From assembly GCA_038321825.1 (NCBI GenBank), contig JBBQFK010000002.1, positions 1-61,887 of the forward strand: 61,887 nucleotides of DNA, given 5' to 3'. Position numbers and translations under genes: made by a program. Below are positions 1-12,867 of this stretch, piece after piece (within the stretch, counting starts at the first letter, position 1; each line of letters opens with the position of its first letter). The DNA is from Cyanophyceae cyanobacterium. Its GTDB lineage: Bacteria; Cyanobacteriota; Cyanobacteriia; Cyanobacteriales; JAAUUE01. Below the pieces are notes generated by a model that saw only the letters and a program-made list of their open reading frames with translations, had not been told where the DNA came from and ran no database searches.

Positions 1-1
1 G

Positions 2-223
2 GGCTTGATGTATGCCGGGACTCCGAGGGTAGTGACGAGTTTATGGGAAGTTCCAGATGCAGAAACCGCTAGTTTGATGAGTGATTTTTATCGCAAGATG
101 TTGGAGGAAAACCTCAGACCAGCCGAAGCCTTGAGAGCCGCTCAGTTGGAAATGTGGCAAAGTCGGGGTTGGGTTGCTCCCTATTTTTGGGCAGCATTTA
201 CCTTGCAAGGTGAGTGGAATTAG
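2..223 (+). CDS. CHAT domain protein, C-terminal fragment (5' end outside window)
   Basis: The frame is open to the left edge. SLWEVPDAETASLMSDFY...APYFWAAFTLQG matches the typical C-terminal end of CHAT-domain proteins. Confidence 0.6.
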   Translation, partial: GLMYAGTPRVVTSLWEVPDAETASLMSDFYRKMLEENLRPAEALRAAQLEMWQSRGWVAPYFWAAFTLQGEWN

Positions 224-254
224 GCTTCATTCTCTGATCTTGAAATAAGATAAC

Positions 255-1409
255 TTAATATAATTCGTACTTGAGAAACTGACAGGGGAGATTGCCATTA
301 AAAATTTGGGTTTGCTGACTAGGTTTGAGCCCGATCGCCTTCGTTAGTTCTCGATTGCCGCTTAAGACAAAAGCAGTCCAACCCTTAAACCGCCGTTTCA
401 TCACATCCCCCAAGAGTTTATAGAGTCCCGATAATTCCTGATCTCGACCAATGCGTTCCCCGTAGGGCGGGTTGCATACCAAAACTCCCTGAGCCGCCGG
501 AGCTTCTAGGTGAGCAAGGTCGGTACAGGTAAACTGGACTTGTCGATCGACCCCACAGTTTTCTGCATTAGTTATAGCTTGCTTGATCACCCGACTATCA
601 ATATCACTACCAAAAATTGGGGCGGGCAGTAAAAATTTCTGCCTTGCGGAGGCTTCCTCTAGGAGTCGATCGAACAATTGGGCATCAAAATCTGTCCAAG
701 TTTCAAAACCAAAACGTTCTCGAAATAACCCCGGAGCCATGTCTAGAGCTTTCAGGGCGGCTTCCAGGGGCAGAGTTCCTGAACCACAGAGGGGATCCAA
801 AAAAGATACTTCTGGCTGCCAGCCCGATAGTTGTACCAAGGCTGCTGCCAAGGATTCCTTTAGGGGAGCCTGTCCTACTGCTGGACGATAGCCCCGCCGA
901 TGTAGGCTACTACCAGAACTATCTAAGCTGACGGTGCAAAGATCTTCTTTGTCGATAAATACATTAATGCGTAGATCCGGCTCTTGGGTATCTACTGAGG
1001 ATCGATCGCCCCAAACCCGTTGCTGTTGATCGACGATCGCATTTTTCACCTGCAAAGCTGTGAAGTGGGTATGGTTGAGTTGGCTATTCCCTCCCGTAGC
1101 ACTAACAGCCAGACTATGCTTCGGGGTGAGATACTGCTGCCAGTCAATGGTTTGAATACCTCGATACAGGGCTGGGGCATCGAGACAGGGAAATTGGTGA
1201 ATTTGCATCAAAATTCGGAAGGGTAATCTTGCCCACAGGTTCACTCGATAGAGCAGGGATCGATCGCCCCGAAAACTCACCCCACAAAACCCCAAGGTCA
1301 CAGACTCCGCCCCCAAGCCCTCCAACTCCTGCGCCGCTAAACTTTCCAAACCCCGGGCCACCGTCGCAAAATATTGACCCGATTGACCTAACTGATCCAG
1401 TTGATTCAC
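255..1409 (-). CDS. THUMP-domain class I SAM-dependent RNA methyltransferase (RlmL/COG0116-like)
   Basis: 384-aa ORF with the SAM-binding motif DPLCGSGT, the NPPYGERIG (NPPY) catalytic motif, and an N-terminal THUMP-like region. Confidence 0.85.
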   Translation of the reverse strand: MNQLDQLGQSGQYFATVARGLESLAAQELEGLGAESVTLGFCGVSFRGDRSLLYRVNLWARLPFRILMQIHQFPCLDAPALYRGIQTIDWQQYLTPKHSLAVSATGGNSQLNHTHFTALQVKNAIVDQQQRVWGDRSSVDTQEPDLRINVFIDKEDLCTVSLDSSGSSLHRRGYRPAVGQAPLKESLAAALVQLSGWQPEVSFLDPLCGSGTLPLEAALKALDMAPGLFRERFGFETWTDFDAQLFDRLLEEASARQKFLLPAPIFGSDIDSRVIKQAITNAENCGVDRQVQFTCTDLAHLEAPAAQGVLVCNPPYGERIGRDQELSGLYKLLGDVMKRRFKGWTAFVLSGNRELTKAIGLKPSQQTQIFNGNLPCQFLKYELY

Positions 1410-1478
1410 TTTTAACTTATCCCTTTTAACTCACTTTCCATACCAATTTGATTGAGAACAGAACGCAAGACTTCCCTA

Positions 1479-1520
1479 ATAACTGTTCCCTGATAACTGT
1501 TCCCTGATAACTGTTCACTG
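1479..1520. repeat. 14-bp tandem repeat x3 (ATAACTGTTCCCTG)
   Basis: Three head-to-tail copies read directly; the last has one mismatch. Intergenic. Confidence 0.9.
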
Positions 1521-1545
1521 AAAAAAAGGGGATCCACAGATCCCC
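1521..1545 (-). terminator. Rho-independent terminator downstream of rpoC2
   Basis: Perfect 7-bp stem GGGGATC/GATCCCC (1528-1534 / 1539-1545) with a 4-nt loop. On the minus strand it is followed by T7 (1521-1527), about 50 nt after the rpoC2 stop. Confidence 0.8.
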
Positions 1546-1594
1546 CTAAAATTAGACTGAAACTTAAATCTAATCCTGAGTCGCCATCCTAGTT

Positions 1595-4500
1595 TTAGGC
1601 ATCATCCTCAAAATCATCCTCAAATTCGTCACCTTCATCTTCAAAATCATCCCCATAATTATCCTCCGCTTCTAGATTAGTATCCAGTACCGAAGGACTA
1701 GCGGGAGTCATCCCAAAGGCAGCTCGTTCTTCGAGGCTATAGGCTCTGGCAGTGCGATCGTCCAGCACCATATCCACAAGGGAATCATCATCAGTGAGGT
1801 CAGCGGCCATACCCATTTCCCCGTAGGCGAAGTTATCACTACTATTGGAGAGGTCAATGGGGTCGACACTATGCAGCATCGGCTCTTCATAGGCATTGTA
1901 GCCAGTCCCCGCCGGGATGAGACGACCAATGATCACGTTTTCCTTTAAGCCTCGGAGCCAATCAGATTTACCCTCGATCGCTGCTTCCGTGAGGACTCTA
2001 GTGGTTTCTTGGAAACTCGCTGCCGAGATAAAGCTATCGGTGTTCAGAGATGCCTTCGTAATCCCCAATAGTACGGGAGTGTACTGCGCTGGGGCACCTC
2101 CAGTAATTGCCATGGCTTCGTTGACCTGCTCGATCTGCCGCAATTCCACCAGCTCTCCTGGTAGCATCGTCGTATCACCGCCGTCATCCACCCGGACTTT
2201 GTTGGTCATCTGCCGGACAATCACTTCAATGTGTTTATCGGAAATTTCCACCCCTTGGGATTGGTACACCGACTGGACTTCATTCACAAGGAACTCTTGG
2301 GCTTTCTGTAAACCAATCAGCGCCGACTCGTACACGCCCTCGGTTTCTCTGGTGAGGTTAAAGAACACTTCCAGAATTTCGTGGGGGTTTGCCAAGCCAT
2401 CGGTGAGAGGTTCAGCAGTTGTGACCTTCTGCCCATCGGAAACTAGGGAGTTTTGTCCGGGTGACAGGGGATAATCGGAGATAGTTCCATCCCGCTCGAT
2501 GACTTTAATATCAACGGTTTCATCCTGTTCGTAGATCACCTGAGCTTCTCCGGGTCGCCGGGCCAATACACAGGCTTCCTTGGGTTTTCTGCCTTCGAGG
2601 AGTTCTTCAATTCTCGGTAGCCCTTGGATAATATCTCCAGTCTTCGATCGCTCAAACACCAGTAACACCAAGTTATCGCCCCGTTGTACCAAGTCTCCTT
2701 GATCAATTTGGAGGATAGCTCCTGCCGATACCCGGTAGGGACGAGCCAAGCGCAGGGTAATAGCTTTTGGAGTGACTTCGATGACCTGTCCAGACTGTTG
2801 GGCGATCGTATCCGCCGTGAGTTTGGTACCAGCCACCATCAAGCTACCCTCTTTGACCAGAGCTTTCCCCGTCACTGGGACTGTAAATTGGTCGGTTTCT
2901 CGCATGATTAGCACCCGACGCGTCGCCTCACTATCCGCCTTGATTCCCCGCACTTGCCCAGCTTGATGACACTGGATTTCTGTGCGGGCGACAACGGCTC
3001 CGGGGGGGATTTTATCGCCATCTTCTACGAGGAGACGAGTTTGGGTGGAGCCACTCAGGGGATCAGCACTGCTATCCCGGCGAATTACCAGAGATTCCAA
3101 AATTACCAATTGGAGACGTTTGACCTCACTATCATCCTCGGCGGGAATTAATTCAATATCTGCACTTAGTTGGGTGGTGGAAACATGCTCTTGGGTACGC
3201 TCTTGGCTCATTTCTAAGATTAGTTGAGTCCGTAGCAGGTCTACCCCGTGGACAGATTTCACCCGCTCCCCATCTTTGAAGGCAATCCGTTGTACTGCCC
3301 GGAGTTCGATCTCGATCGCCCCCGACGCATTCACCGAGGCTTGGGAAGGCACACTAGGCTCATCAGCAACGGGGTATTCCACCACAGGACGTAGCAACAT
3401 CGCTCCACCTTCGGGGGTTTCCACGTATTCGCAGTAGCGCATTTCGGTGATTACCGTGCCGGGAACTACTTCCGTACCGGGGTTGGCAATCTTTCCTTCT
3501 GGCTTCTGGGTCGGATCGGGGAACTCGTCCACAAGGTGCAATTCTCCGGGCTTGATCACAATCTCCCGCAAAATATCATTTTTCTGAACGACTTCAATAA
3601 TCCCTGCACTCTGACAGAAAATATCCTTGACAACTTCCGTCCCAGCTTCCACATACTGCCCTTCTTCTACCAAGAGGAGGGAAATATCTTTGTTGACTTC
3701 GTGGCATTCTTCAGGAACCCAGAGAATCGTCCCGCCCTTGACCACTTCGTAGCCCTGTTTGGCTTTGTTGCGCTTGCTGACATCGATCCCCGCATACTTG
3801 ACAATTCCCCCCGTGGGTGTGCGGTAGCGATCGTCGATGAGTTCGGCAACCACTTGCCCGCTCTGGACCTTGGTGCTGGGGGCAGCCTTAAGGAGGAAGC
3901 GTTGATGTCCGGCGGTTTGAATCACGTACTGATCGGCAGTTCCCGTACTTTCTGTAAATACTGAAGCCTGATCTAGGAGGACAGAGGCAGTAATAATCTC
4001 AATTTCCCGTTCTCCCGTAGTATGGCGTACCGTTCCCCCATTCACAGAGATGAGTTTGGTTTCTGCTAAGATGTCTCCCGCTGCCACTCGATCGCCATTC
4101 TTGACCACTACTTCTGCCGTTGGGGGCAGGTTATAGACTTCCCCAGAGAGAATCCACAACAAACCACCCCGTTGGGCAGTCCGGGTCGTGTTTCCTTGGC
4201 GATCGGTTTTCTCCTCAGGAACTAGATCTGCAAAGACCACTTCCCCTGCTAGAGCCGAAGCCACATCCTTGACCGCCCGTTCCGTAGACCGTCGGGATTT
4301 GGCTTGAGTCACCTCTGCTAACAATTGCCCTGCCACTACCTGCTGCCCATTTTCTATCATGAGCAGAGAACCGGGAGTAACACCAATAGGTTTAGCGATC
4401 TGTTTACCTGTCAGGGGCACGATCAAAATATCCCCAGCTACTTCTACCTGCTCCCGCTCATCCCCGTGGCGAGTCCGTACACCTCTGGTTCTCAAGCTAT

Positions 4501-5590
4501 CTGAGAATTTAACTCTCCCAGCAAACTCGGCTAAAACTTGACGATCGACCTCTCCGGTAAATACGCCTCCAGTGTGGAAAGTCCGCATGGTTAGCTGGGT
4601 TCCGGGTTCACCGATGGATTGAGCCGCAATGATCCCCACGGCTTCCCCCATATCGACCATTTTGCCGTGGGCAAGACTCCAACCGTAGCATTTTTGGCAC
4701 ACAGAACGGGAGGCTTCACAGGTGAGGGGCGATCGCAATACCACTGACCCCACCGCTGCCCCAATTACTTGAGCAAGGTCATCATTAATGGCTTGGTTCC
4801 GCTGGGCAATGACTTTCCCAGTTTTGGGATCAATCACGTCTTCAGCGAGGACTCTGCCCAACAGTCGATCGGCTAAGGGAATCAAGACTCGATCGCCATC
4901 CCGCATGGGTTGCGCCAACAGCCCTCTAGTTGTCCCACAATCCACTTCCCGGATGATCACATCCTGAGACACATCCACTAGCCGCCGGGTGAGGTAGCCA
5001 GAGTCGGCCGTCCGCAACGCCGTATCTACCAGCCCCTTTCTCGCCCCGTAGGAAGAAATAATATATTCCGTCACCGTCAAACCTTCTCGGAAATTGGTCT
5101 TAATGGGTAAGTCAATAATTTCCCCCTGAGGATTGGCCATCAAGCCCCGCATCCCCACCAACTGCCGCACTTGGGAGATATTCCCCCGCGCCCCAGAGAA
5201 CGCCATCATATACACCGAGTTGAGGGGGTCCGTCGCCCGGAAGTTCTTCACCACTTCATCCTTGAGAGATTCAGAAGTACTATTCCAAGTATCAATTACT
5301 TTTTGGAACCGCTCTACCTCTGTAATTTCTCCCTTAGAAAAACGATCCTCGGTGTCCCGAATCTTGGTCTCGGCTTCCTCTAGCATCTGCCGCTTAATTG
5401 GTGGTACTTGCAAATCATCAACACTGATGGAAATCCCAGCTCTGGTGGCGAACTTGAATCCCAAATCTTTTAATTTATCTGCTAACTGAGAAGCTCTGAT
5501 ACTGCCGTAGTTGGTGAAAGCCCAAAAGACTAGTTTCCGTAGCTGTCCCTTATCTACAATCCGGTTGTAAAAAGTTGGTTCTTTACTCAT
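1595..5590 (-). CDS. rpoC2: DNA-directed RNA polymerase subunit beta' (cyanobacterial C-terminal part)
   Basis: 1331-aa ORF immediately downstream of rpoC1. It has conserved beta' C-terminal blocks, the large cyanobacterial insertion and an acidic tail. Confidence 0.98.
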   Translation of the reverse strand: MSKEPTFYNRIVDKGQLRKLVFWAFTNYGSIRASQLADKLKDLGFKFATRAGISISVDDLQVPPIKRQMLEEAETKIRDTEDRFSKGEITEVERFQKVIDTWNSTSESLKDEVVKNFRATDPLNSVYMMAFSGARGNISQVRQLVGMRGLMANPQGEIIDLPIKTNFREGLTVTEYIISSYGARKGLVDTALRTADSGYLTRRLVDVSQDVIIREVDCGTTRGLLAQPMRDGDRVLIPLADRLLGRVLAEDVIDPKTGKVIAQRNQAINDDLAQVIGAAVGSVVLRSPLTCEASRSVCQKCYGWSLAHGKMVDMGEAVGIIAAQSIGEPGTQLTMRTFHTGGVFTGEVDRQVLAEFAGRVKFSDSLRTRGVRTRHGDEREQVEVAGDILIVPLTGKQIAKPIGVTPGSLLMIENGQQVVAGQLLAEVTQAKSRRSTERAVKDVASALAGEVVFADLVPEEKTDRQGNTTRTAQRGGLLWILSGEVYNLPPTAEVVVKNGDRVAAGDILAETKLISVNGGTVRHTTGEREIEIITASVLLDQASVFTESTGTADQYVIQTAGHQRFLLKAAPSTKVQSGQVVAELIDDRYRTPTGGIVKYAGIDVSKRNKAKQGYEVVKGGTILWVPEECHEVNKDISLLLVEEGQYVEAGTEVVKDIFCQSAGIIEVVQKNDILREIVIKPGELHLVDEFPDPTQKPEGKIANPGTEVVPGTVITEMRYCEYVETPEGGAMLLRPVVEYPVADEPSVPSQASVNASGAIEIELRAVQRIAFKDGERVKSVHGVDLLRTQLILEMSQERTQEHVSTTQLSADIELIPAEDDSEVKRLQLVILESLVIRRDSSADPLSGSTQTRLLVEDGDKIPPGAVVARTEIQCHQAGQVRGIKADSEATRRVLIMRETDQFTVPVTGKALVKEGSLMVAGTKLTADTIAQQSGQVIEVTPKAITLRLARPYRVSAGAILQIDQGDLVQRGDNLVLLVFERSKTGDIIQGLPRIEELLEGRKPKEACVLARRPGEAQVIYEQDETVDIKVIERDGTISDYPLSPGQNSLVSDGQKVTTAEPLTDGLANPHEILEVFFNLTRETEGVYESALIGLQKAQEFLVNEVQSVYQSQGVEISDKHIEVIVRQMTNKVRVDDGGDTTMLPGELVELRQIEQVNEAMAITGGAPAQYTPVLLGITKASLNTDSFISAASFQETTRVLTEAAIEGKSDWLRGLKENVIIGRLIPAGTGYNAYEEPMLHSVDPIDLSNSSDNFAYGEMGMAADLTDDDSLVDMVLDDRTARAYSLEERAAFGMTPASPSVLDTNLEAEDNYGDDFEDEGDEFEDDFEDDA

Positions 5591-5635
5591 GATTCTGTGG
5601 TTGGTGTGGTGATTGATTGATGGTTATTCAGTAAA

Positions 5636-7513
5636 TTAGCTGATGAGAGCCTCACGGATGGTCTGGTTGTAGATAATTCGCCCCGGTGTGGTGCGGACAA
5701 ATTGAGAAATAATATTGCCCTCCGCATCTTCCCGGACTCGTCGCTCTCGGTAAACTTTAGTTACGCTGCCATCTTCACTTTCTCTCTGTTCTATTACCTC
5801 TACATCAGGTTTCAGAGTATGTACCTGTCCGTCGTACTTCACCCAGACGTAGGCATGGAGATCGACTTCTCGCTGCTCGTAGGCTCTGACTACATCTTCA
5901 AGATTGCTAAAATGGACTCCGGCTCCCTTGGTAGCATCCCGATTTTCGGCAGTGAGATAGTAGCAACCCAAGACCATATCTTGGCTGGGATGAACGATCG
6001 GCTTCCCGGTGGCTGGAGAAAGTACGTTATGGGAAGCTAACATCAGCATCCGGGCTTCTGTCTGAGCTTCGATCGACAACGGTACATGGACAGCCATTTG
6101 GTCACCATCAAAGTCAGCGTTAAAGGCTTGACAGACAAGGGGATGGAGTTGAATGGCTCTCCCTTCCACCAGTAAGGGTTCAAAAGCCTGAATCCCTAGT
6201 CGGTGCAAAGTCGGCGCTCGGTTTAGGAGTACAGGATGCCCGGCGATCACTTCTTCGAGGACTTCCACCACCTCTGGATGATTGCGTTGAATCATTTTCT
6301 TGGCAGCTTTGATATTGTTGACCAAGCCCCGGCTAATCAAACGGTGAATTACAAAGGGTTGGAACAGCTCGATCGCCATTTCCCTAGGTAAGCCGCACTG
6401 ATGAATCTTCAGGTCAGGGCCAACAACAATGACCGATCGACCAGAGTAATCTACCCGTTTCCCCAGCAAGTTCTGCCGGAATCTTCCCTGCTTCCCTTCG
6501 ATAATATCCGACAGAGATTTGAGGGGGCGATTATTAGCACCCACCACAGTTCTGCCCCGGCGACCATTATCAATCAGAGCATCTACCGCCTCTTGGAGCA
6601 TCCGTTTTTCATTGCGGACAATAATTTCCGGAGCCATGATTTCTTGCAACCGAGCCAAGCGATTATTACGGTTAATTACCCGGCGGTACAAATCATTCAG
6701 ATCGGAGGTAGCAAAACGTCCCCCGTCTAGTTGCACCATGGGGCGCAGGTCTGGGGGAATTACTGGCACCACGGAAAGAATCATCCATTCTGGCTTAGAA
6801 CCCGTCGCCACAAAGTTATCAACTACCCGGAGGCGTTTAATTAATTTTGCTTTTTTCTGCCCCTTTGCCCCCAAAATTTCTTCCCGGAGTTTTTCGGCTT
6901 CTGCCTCTAGTTGCAAGTCTTGCAGTAGGCGTTGGATTGCTTCTGCTCCAATACCCACTTCTACTCCTTCCATTTGGGAGTCTTCACTGTAAATCTGCTC
7001 CTCAGTCTCTAGCCACTGATCTTCCGACAGGAGTTGCTTATAGATCAGATTTTCTGCATTCCCCGGATCTAAAACCACATAGGAATTAAAGTATACAATT
7101 TGCTCCACATCCCGCAGGGGCATATCTAACAAAATACTCAGGTAGCTAGGAATCCCCTTGAGATACCACACATGGGCAACGGGAGCCGCTAATTTAATAA
7201 AACCCATCCGGTGACGGCGGACACGAGATTCTGTAACTTCTACACCACAGCGCTCGCAGACAATTCCCCGATGGCGGACTCGCTTGTACTTGCCACAGTG
7301 ACATTCCCAATCCTTGGCAGGACCAAAAATCCGTTCACAAAATAAGCCATCCATTTCTGGCTTCAGAGTCCGGTAATTAATAGTTTCAGGCTTGGTTACT
7401 TCTCCCACTACTTGTCCGTTAGGCAGGGTACGTTCGCCCCACTGCCGGATTCGTTCCGGGGAAGCAATACCAATTTTCACGTAGTCAAAGCGCTGTTCTA
7501 GCTGGTTTCTCAT
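5636..7513 (-). CDS. rpoC1: DNA-directed RNA polymerase subunit gamma (N-terminal part of beta')
   Basis: 625 aa with the catalytic NADFDGD motif and N-terminal Zn-binding cysteines (CHCGKY...CERCG). Confidence 0.98.
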   Translation of the reverse strand: MRNQLEQRFDYVKIGIASPERIRQWGERTLPNGQVVGEVTKPETINYRTLKPEMDGLFCERIFGPAKDWECHCGKYKRVRHRGIVCERCGVEVTESRVRRHRMGFIKLAAPVAHVWYLKGIPSYLSILLDMPLRDVEQIVYFNSYVVLDPGNAENLIYKQLLSEDQWLETEEQIYSEDSQMEGVEVGIGAEAIQRLLQDLQLEAEAEKLREEILGAKGQKKAKLIKRLRVVDNFVATGSKPEWMILSVVPVIPPDLRPMVQLDGGRFATSDLNDLYRRVINRNNRLARLQEIMAPEIIVRNEKRMLQEAVDALIDNGRRGRTVVGANNRPLKSLSDIIEGKQGRFRQNLLGKRVDYSGRSVIVVGPDLKIHQCGLPREMAIELFQPFVIHRLISRGLVNNIKAAKKMIQRNHPEVVEVLEEVIAGHPVLLNRAPTLHRLGIQAFEPLLVEGRAIQLHPLVCQAFNADFDGDQMAVHVPLSIEAQTEARMLMLASHNVLSPATGKPIVHPSQDMVLGCYYLTAENRDATKGAGVHFSNLEDVVRAYEQREVDLHAYVWVKYDGQVHTLKPDVEVIEQRESEDGSVTKVYRERRVREDAEGNIISQFVRTTPGRIIYNQTIREALIS

Positions 7514-7555
7514 ACTTAGGGTTGGGGGTGTAGGTGATAAATAGTTGAGCGGAGT

Positions 7556-10500
7556 TTATACTTCTTCTTCTTCAAACTCCGATCGAGAAAGCGGTTCGTA
7601 GGTGGGACGGGAAGGCGCACGGCGGTACTCACCATCTGCCATGAGGTCTATTTCCACTTCTCTAGATTCGCCATCTTCGCCATTTTCGATTTTGTGGACA
7701 GCGATGTCTAAACCGAGGGATTGGAGTTCTCGCATCAGTACCTTAAAGGATTCGGGAGTACCGGGGCGGGGGATGGGTTTACCCTTGACGATCGCATTTA
7801 GGGCTTCATTTCGTCCCTGCATATCGTCAGATTTCACCGTTAGTAGTTCTTGGAGAATATAGGCAGCACCGTAGGCTTCCAAGGCCCATACTTCCATTTC
7901 CCCAAATCTCTGACCACCCTGTTGTGCTTTACCACCCAAGGGTTGCTGAGTAACGAGGGAGTAGGGACCTGTGGAACGGGCATGGATCTTATCATCCACA
8001 AGGTGAACCAGTTTCAGCATATAAGCTACGCCCACGGTGATGGGGCGATCGAAGGCTTCTCCAGTCCGACCATCGTAGACTTTGATTTTGCCGGGATGCT
8101 CTGGATCAAACATCCAGTCTTTATCTTCCTCCGCTGCCGCTTGTGCTAATTTGCCATGGACGGTCAACCGGGAAGACTCTTCCCCATACATTTCATCAAA
8201 GGGGATCATCTTAAACCGTTTGTCTAAATGGTGACCAGCCCAACCCAACAGGCATTCAAAAACCTGTCCCACATTCATCCGGCTCGGTACACCCAAGGGA
8301 TTGAGGACAATATCGAGGGGCGTGCCATCGGGCAGGTAGGGCATATCTTCTGCCGGTAAAATCCGGGAGATAATCCCCTTATTGCCGTGGCGACCCGCCA
8401 TTTTGTCCCCGACTTGAATCTTCCGTTTCTGAGCTACATAAACCCGGACAACCATGTTGGCTCCCGGTGGCAGTTCATCCCCTTGTTCACGGGTAAACAA
8501 CCGGACATCGACGACTCGACCTTTCTCACCGTTGGGAACCCGTAGGGAATTGTCCCGGACATCTCTGGCTTTTTCCCCAAAAATTGCTCGGAGGAGTTTT
8601 TCTTCGGGGGGCTGGTCAGATTCTCCCTTGGGAGTTACTTTACCCACGAGGATATCGCCGGATTCTACCCAGGCACCAATGCGGATAATCCCGTTTTCAT
8701 CCAACTGCCGCAGGGCATCTTCGCCGACGTTAGGAATTTCTCTGGTAATTTCCTCGGGACCGAGCTTGGTTTGCCGGGCTTCAATTTCATATTTTTCAAT
8801 GTGAATACTGGTATAGACATCATCAATCACCAGCCGTTCGCTGATTAAAATTGCATCTTCGTAGTTGTAACCTTCCCAAGGCATATAGGCTACGACAATG
8901 TTTTGTCCAAGGGCAAGCTCACCACCTTCGGTCGCAGAGCCGTCGGCAATCACCTGCCCAGCAACTACAGGATCCCCGTCATAGACTAGGGGACGCTGGT
9001 TGAGGCAAGTATCTTGGTTCGATCGATGGTACTTTTGGACTTCATAATCAATTTCCTCTGGCTCACCGGGTTCAGGATTATCGACCTTGACCCGAATCCG
9101 GGTAGCATCCACATAACACACTTCACCATTGGTTTTGGAAACTACTACCATCCCCGAATCCCGTGCTGCCTGAGCTTCTAGCCCTGTACCCACCAAGGGA
9201 CGCTCTGGACGAAGGAGAGGCACAGCCTGCCGTTGCATATTAGAACCCATCAAAGCTCGGTTAGCATCATCATGCTCCAAGAAGGGAATCAGGGAAGTTG
9301 CTACGGAAATAATTTGTACCGGAGACACAGCCACTCTATCTACTTGGTCTGGAGTGGTGGTGGTGAAATCCTGACGGTAACGCACGGGAACCAGTGGTCC
9401 AATGATCATGCCCTCATCATCCACGGGAATATCTCCCGGAGCCACTCGCAGATCATCTTCTTCATCCGCCGTCATATAGGTAGGGGGACGATCTTTGAGG
9501 ACTTTACCTTTTTCTACTGGATAGAAGGGAGTTTCAATAAAGCCGTAGGAGTTGACCCGGGCATGGGTAGCAAGGGAGCCGATCAGACCAGCGTTGGGCC
9601 CTTCAGGAGTTTCAATGGGGCAGATGCGTCCGTAGTGAGAGGGGTGAATATCTCGAACCGCAAAGCCAGCCCGCTCTCTGGTGAGACCACCGGGACCAAG
9701 GGCGGAAATCCGGCGTTTGTGAGTCAATTCCGCTAGGGGATTGGTTTGATCCATGAACTGGGATAGCTGGGAGGAGCCAAAGAATTCCTTGATAGCGGCG
9801 ACGAGGGGCTTGGGGTTGACCAAGGAGGCTGGGGTGAGGCTTTCTGCTTCACTGACGGTCATCCGCTCTCTGATGATTCTCTCTAGACGATTGAGACCGA
9901 CTCGGACTTGGTTTTGGAGGAGTTCGCCGACCGATCGAACCCGCCGATTTCCTAGGTGGTCAATATCATCGGTATTCCCCATGTCGTATTCCAGATTGAT
10001 CAAGTAATCTACGGCACTGAGGATATCTTGCCCCGTCAGAATCCGCACTGAATCGGGAACAGTGAGGCGGAGTTTTTTGTTGATCTTATAACGTCCTACT
10101 TTACCGAGGTCGTAGCGTTTGGGGTCAAAGAACCGAGATTCTAGCAATTGCTGACCACCAGCCACTGTTGGCGGTTCGCCGGGACGAAGTTTTTTGTAGA
10201 GTTCGATCAGGGCTTCTTCTTCGCTGGGGTTACCTTCCTTGGCAAGGGTTTTTTCGTAGTATTCGGGATGGCGGAGGGCATCGGTAATTTCGACATCGGT
10301 GAGTCCTAGGGCTTTGAGCAAGACTTGGGCAGAAAGTTTCCGGGTTTTGTCAATGCGTACCCAGACTAAGCCGTTGCGATCGGTCTCAAACTTCAGCCAG
10401 GCTCCCCGATTGGGAATCAAGGATGCACTGTAGGTACGGCGACCGTTTTTATCAATTTCGGATTTGTAGTACACACCGGGACTCCGGACGATCTGGTTGA

Positions 10501-10867
10501 CGATCACCCGCTCTGCGCCGTTGATAATAAAAGTGCCTCGATCGGTCATCAGGGGCAAGTCCCCAATGAACACCTCCATTTCCTTGATTTCCCCAGTTTC
10601 TTTGTTGACCAACCGCGTGGGGACATACATTTGGACTGAGTAGGTACTATCCCGGCGTTTTGCTTCATCTACGTCGTACTTGGGGCGTTTTAGCTTGTAG
10701 TCTTTACCCAAGAAATGCAATTCCATTTTGCCCGTGTAGTCGGTAATGGGGGAAAAGCTATTTAATTCTTCGATCAGCCCTTCTTCGAGGAACCAACGGA
10801 AACTAGCCCGTTGAATTTCGATCAAGTCTGGCAAAATGTAGTTAGGAGTGCTGTAAGTGGTATTCAT
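7556..10867 (-). CDS. rpoB: DNA-directed RNA polymerase subunit beta
   Basis: 1103 aa with conserved beta-subunit blocks (e.g. [15 protein letters not shown]). Gene order is rpoB-rpoC1-rpoC2. Confidence 0.98.
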   Translation of the reverse strand: MNTTYSTPNYILPDLIEIQRASFRWFLEEGLIEELNSFSPITDYTGKMELHFLGKDYKLKRPKYDVDEAKRRDSTYSVQMYVPTRLVNKETGEIKEMEVFIGDLPLMTDRGTFIINGAERVIVNQIVRSPGVYYKSEIDKNGRRTYSASLIPNRGAWLKFETDRNGLVWVRIDKTRKLSAQVLLKALGLTDVEITDALRHPEYYEKTLAKEGNPSEEEALIELYKKLRPGEPPTVAGGQQLLESRFFDPKRYDLGKVGRYKINKKLRLTVPDSVRILTGQDILSAVDYLINLEYDMGNTDDIDHLGNRRVRSVGELLQNQVRVGLNRLERIIRERMTVSEAESLTPASLVNPKPLVAAIKEFFGSSQLSQFMDQTNPLAELTHKRRISALGPGGLTRERAGFAVRDIHPSHYGRICPIETPEGPNAGLIGSLATHARVNSYGFIETPFYPVEKGKVLKDRPPTYMTADEEDDLRVAPGDIPVDDEGMIIGPLVPVRYRQDFTTTTPDQVDRVAVSPVQIISVATSLIPFLEHDDANRALMGSNMQRQAVPLLRPERPLVGTGLEAQAARDSGMVVVSKTNGEVCYVDATRIRVKVDNPEPGEPEEIDYEVQKYHRSNQDTCLNQRPLVYDGDPVVAGQVIADGSATEGGELALGQNIVVAYMPWEGYNYEDAILISERLVIDDVYTSIHIEKYEIEARQTKLGPEEITREIPNVGEDALRQLDENGIIRIGAWVESGDILVGKVTPKGESDQPPEEKLLRAIFGEKARDVRDNSLRVPNGEKGRVVDVRLFTREQGDELPPGANMVVRVYVAQKRKIQVGDKMAGRHGNKGIISRILPAEDMPYLPDGTPLDIVLNPLGVPSRMNVGQVFECLLGWAGHHLDKRFKMIPFDEMYGEESSRLTVHGKLAQAAAEEDKDWMFDPEHPGKIKVYDGRTGEAFDRPITVGVAYMLKLVHLVDDKIHARSTGPYSLVTQQPLGGKAQQGGQRFGEMEVWALEAYGAAYILQELLTVKSDDMQGRNEALNAIVKGKPIPRPGTPESFKVLMRELQSLGLDIAVHKIENGEDGESREVEIDLMADGEYRRAPSRPTYEPLSRSEFEEEEV

Positions 10868-11220
10868 GGGGCTTGACTTTGCTAATCTTGACTTTGCTAA
10901 TAGTACTAATAGGGTGACAAAACAGTTACATCTAATTGCAATCTAGTTGCAAAAGACAACTAAACGCAGCCGCTCAACTGGGGTCAAGGGCTGGAAGTAT
11001 TTTATTTAAGGTTGGGGTAACTGGGTCAGGGAGTGCGGGGGAAACAGAATATTCAAGGGATTGCGATCGCTGAATTTTTTCATTAGGCAGGTTACAAATA
11101 TAACACCTTTTGTCTGACTTATTCTATGCTACAACATAATACAGAATTTTGCTGGATGGGAATTTGATCGCAGGCAAATACCACATTAAGATCATCAACG
11201 GGAAATCAAGTATGACTGAT

Positions 11221-11275
11221 GTAAGGTGGGCAAGGCCCACTCTACTTAAATATAATCTGTGCGTAAGTCCTATTA
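11221..11275. repeat. Dispersed short repeat, family 2 copy (GTAAGGTGGGC...TGCGTAAGTCCTATTA)
   Basis: Shares its end motifs with the copies at 15389-15455 and 43964-44034. Contains the hairpin GTGGGC-aag-GCCCAC. Confidence 0.5.
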
Positions 11276-11328
11276 AACTTAAACTCCTATCCTTAGAATT
11301 CTAAACTCAATTTTCTTGATCTTAAACT

Positions 11329-12108
11329 ATGCAACTTATCGACACCCATGTTCATCTCAATTTTTCTGTGTTTCAAGAAGATTTGCTGGCTCTCCGATCG
11401 AGGTGGCAGGAGGCGGGAGTAGTAAGGTTAGTTCATTCCTGTGTAAAACCAGAGGAGTTTGCAGCGATTGCGGCGATCGCCGACCAGTTCCCGGAAGTTG
11501 CCTTTGCGGTGGGTTTGCATCCCCTTGATGCGGATCAGTGGCAGCCGGACATGGGGGCAGAAATTTTGGCAAAGGCGGAGAGTGATCCACGAGTAGTGGC
11601 GATCGGGGAACTGGGCTTAGATTTTTTTAAGGCGGATAATCAAGATTGGCAAAAACAAGTCCTCCATGCTCAGTTAGAAATTGCCTACAAATTACAAAAG
11701 CCGATTATTGTCCATTGTCGGGATGCTGCTCCTGCGCTCCGGGAAGTATTGACAGAATTTTTCCAGACCCACGGTCAAGTTAACGGGGTCATGCACTGTT
11801 GGGGGGGAACTCCAGAGGAAACCCAATGGTTTTTGGATTTGGGCTTTTACATTAGTTTTAGTGGAATTGTTACCTTTAAGAATGCTCACCAAGTCCACGC
11901 TTCTGCTCAGATGGTGAGGAGCGACCGACTTTTGGTAGAAACCGACTGCCCCTTTCTAGCGCCTGTTCCCCACCGTGGTAAGCGCAATGAACCCGCCTAT
12001 GTCCGATCTGTGGCGGAGGCGATCGCCAAGTTACGAGGGGTAGAATTAGAAACCCTAGCTCAGGAAACTACTGCCAATGCCTGCCGCTTGTTCCAGCTTG
12101 AAATTTAA
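11329..12108 (+). CDS. tatD: TatD-family metal-dependent hydrolase/DNase
   Basis: 259 aa. The N-terminal IDTHVHL motif and overall length are typical of the TatD family. Confidence 0.9.
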   Translation: MQLIDTHVHLNFSVFQEDLLALRSRWQEAGVVRLVHSCVKPEEFAAIAAIADQFPEVAFAVGLHPLDADQWQPDMGAEILAKAESDPRVVAIGELGLDFFKADNQDWQKQVLHAQLEIAYKLQKPIIVHCRDAAPALREVLTEFFQTHGQVNGVMHCWGGTPEETQWFLDLGFYISFSGIVTFKNAHQVHASAQMVRSDRLLVETDCPFLAPVPHRGKRNEPAYVRSVAEAIAKLRGVELETLAQETTANACRLFQLEI

Positions 12109-12191
12109 CTCTTAATAACTTCTGGAGATAATTCCTAGAGATTAAAAATAATCCTAGACCTAAGCAAAAAACCTAAGCAAAAAATAAAGCC

Positions 12192-12653
12192 ATGCCCAAA
12201 GCCTTAATTTCTCCATCATCAACAGCATTGTACGATCGAGATTTTTTATTGTGGATTGAAGCAACTATTCAGGATTTGCGATCGGGAGACCTAGAAAAAG
12301 TAGACTTGGAAAATTTAATTGAGGAGATTACATCTTTGGGGAAGGCTCAAAAAAATGCATTTAAGGGACAAGTCCGGGCGTTAATTGCCCATATTCTTAA
12401 ACGCTTTTATGTGCAAATGCCTTTGGAATACCACGGTTGGGAAAGGACAATTCGCCATATCCGTCCAGAAATTGAAGACTTGATTGAAACTTCTCCAAGT
12501 TTAGAAAAAAATTATGCTCAAATCTTGGATGCTACCTATCAACAAGCCCTGAAGCAACTACAACCGGAGTACAAAGACACTCAATTTCCCGATGCGTGGC
12601 AATTTGGTCGAGGACTCGATGATCTCCTAAATGTCGATTTTTGGGATATGTGA
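12192..12653 (+). CDS. DUF29 domain protein
   Basis: 153 aa. LYDRDFLLWIE...LDLENLIEEI..LG is typical of the cyanobacterial DUF29 family. Confidence 0.75.
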   Translation: MPKALISPSSTALYDRDFLLWIEATIQDLRSGDLEKVDLENLIEEITSLGKAQKNAFKGQVRALIAHILKRFYVQMPLEYHGWERTIRHIRPEIEDLIETSPSLEKNYAQILDATYQQALKQLQPEYKDTQFPDAWQFGRGLDDLLNVDFWDM

Positions 12654-12867
12654 TTTTTGGGATATGTAGCAGAGTTCATAGGAAAAATTATTGACTAAAT
12701 TTTGATCCACATTTTTTGATCCACAATTAGGCAGAAATTAGGCAAAATTTATGGTTTGCTCAGTTGCGATCGATTAACTAATCGCTTAAGATCCTTTGAA
12801 GATTATCTAGAAATTTTTGGGAAATTAGTTTTAGATAATAATTCAGATAAGAAATATTTATAACTCT

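Noticed and set aside
1917-2474. 185-aa plus-strand ORF, together with many similar ORFs at 2684-3227, 3536-3964, 5133-5489, 6401-6992, 7602-8149, 8454-8804 and 9233-10007, all antisense to rpoC2, rpoC1 or rpoB.
   Set aside because: They lie entirely inside very well supported RNA polymerase genes on the other strand. Their products are low-complexity and Ser/Arg/Pro-rich, as expected for antisense frames, and have no recognisable motifs.
5590-5636. The beta-prime subunit appears split into two ORFs (rpoC1 and rpoC2), which could be read as a disrupted gene.
   Set aside because: A split rpoC1/rpoC2 is the normal, well-established arrangement in cyanobacteria and plastids. Both ORFs have proper starts and stops and a short spacer.
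11211-11303. 30-codon ORF (MTDVRWARPTLLKYNLCVSPIKLKLLSLEF) in the rpoB-tatD divergent spacer.
   Set aside because: It lies entirely within a dispersed repeat copy (family 2), is very short, and has no ribosome-binding context or recognisable family.
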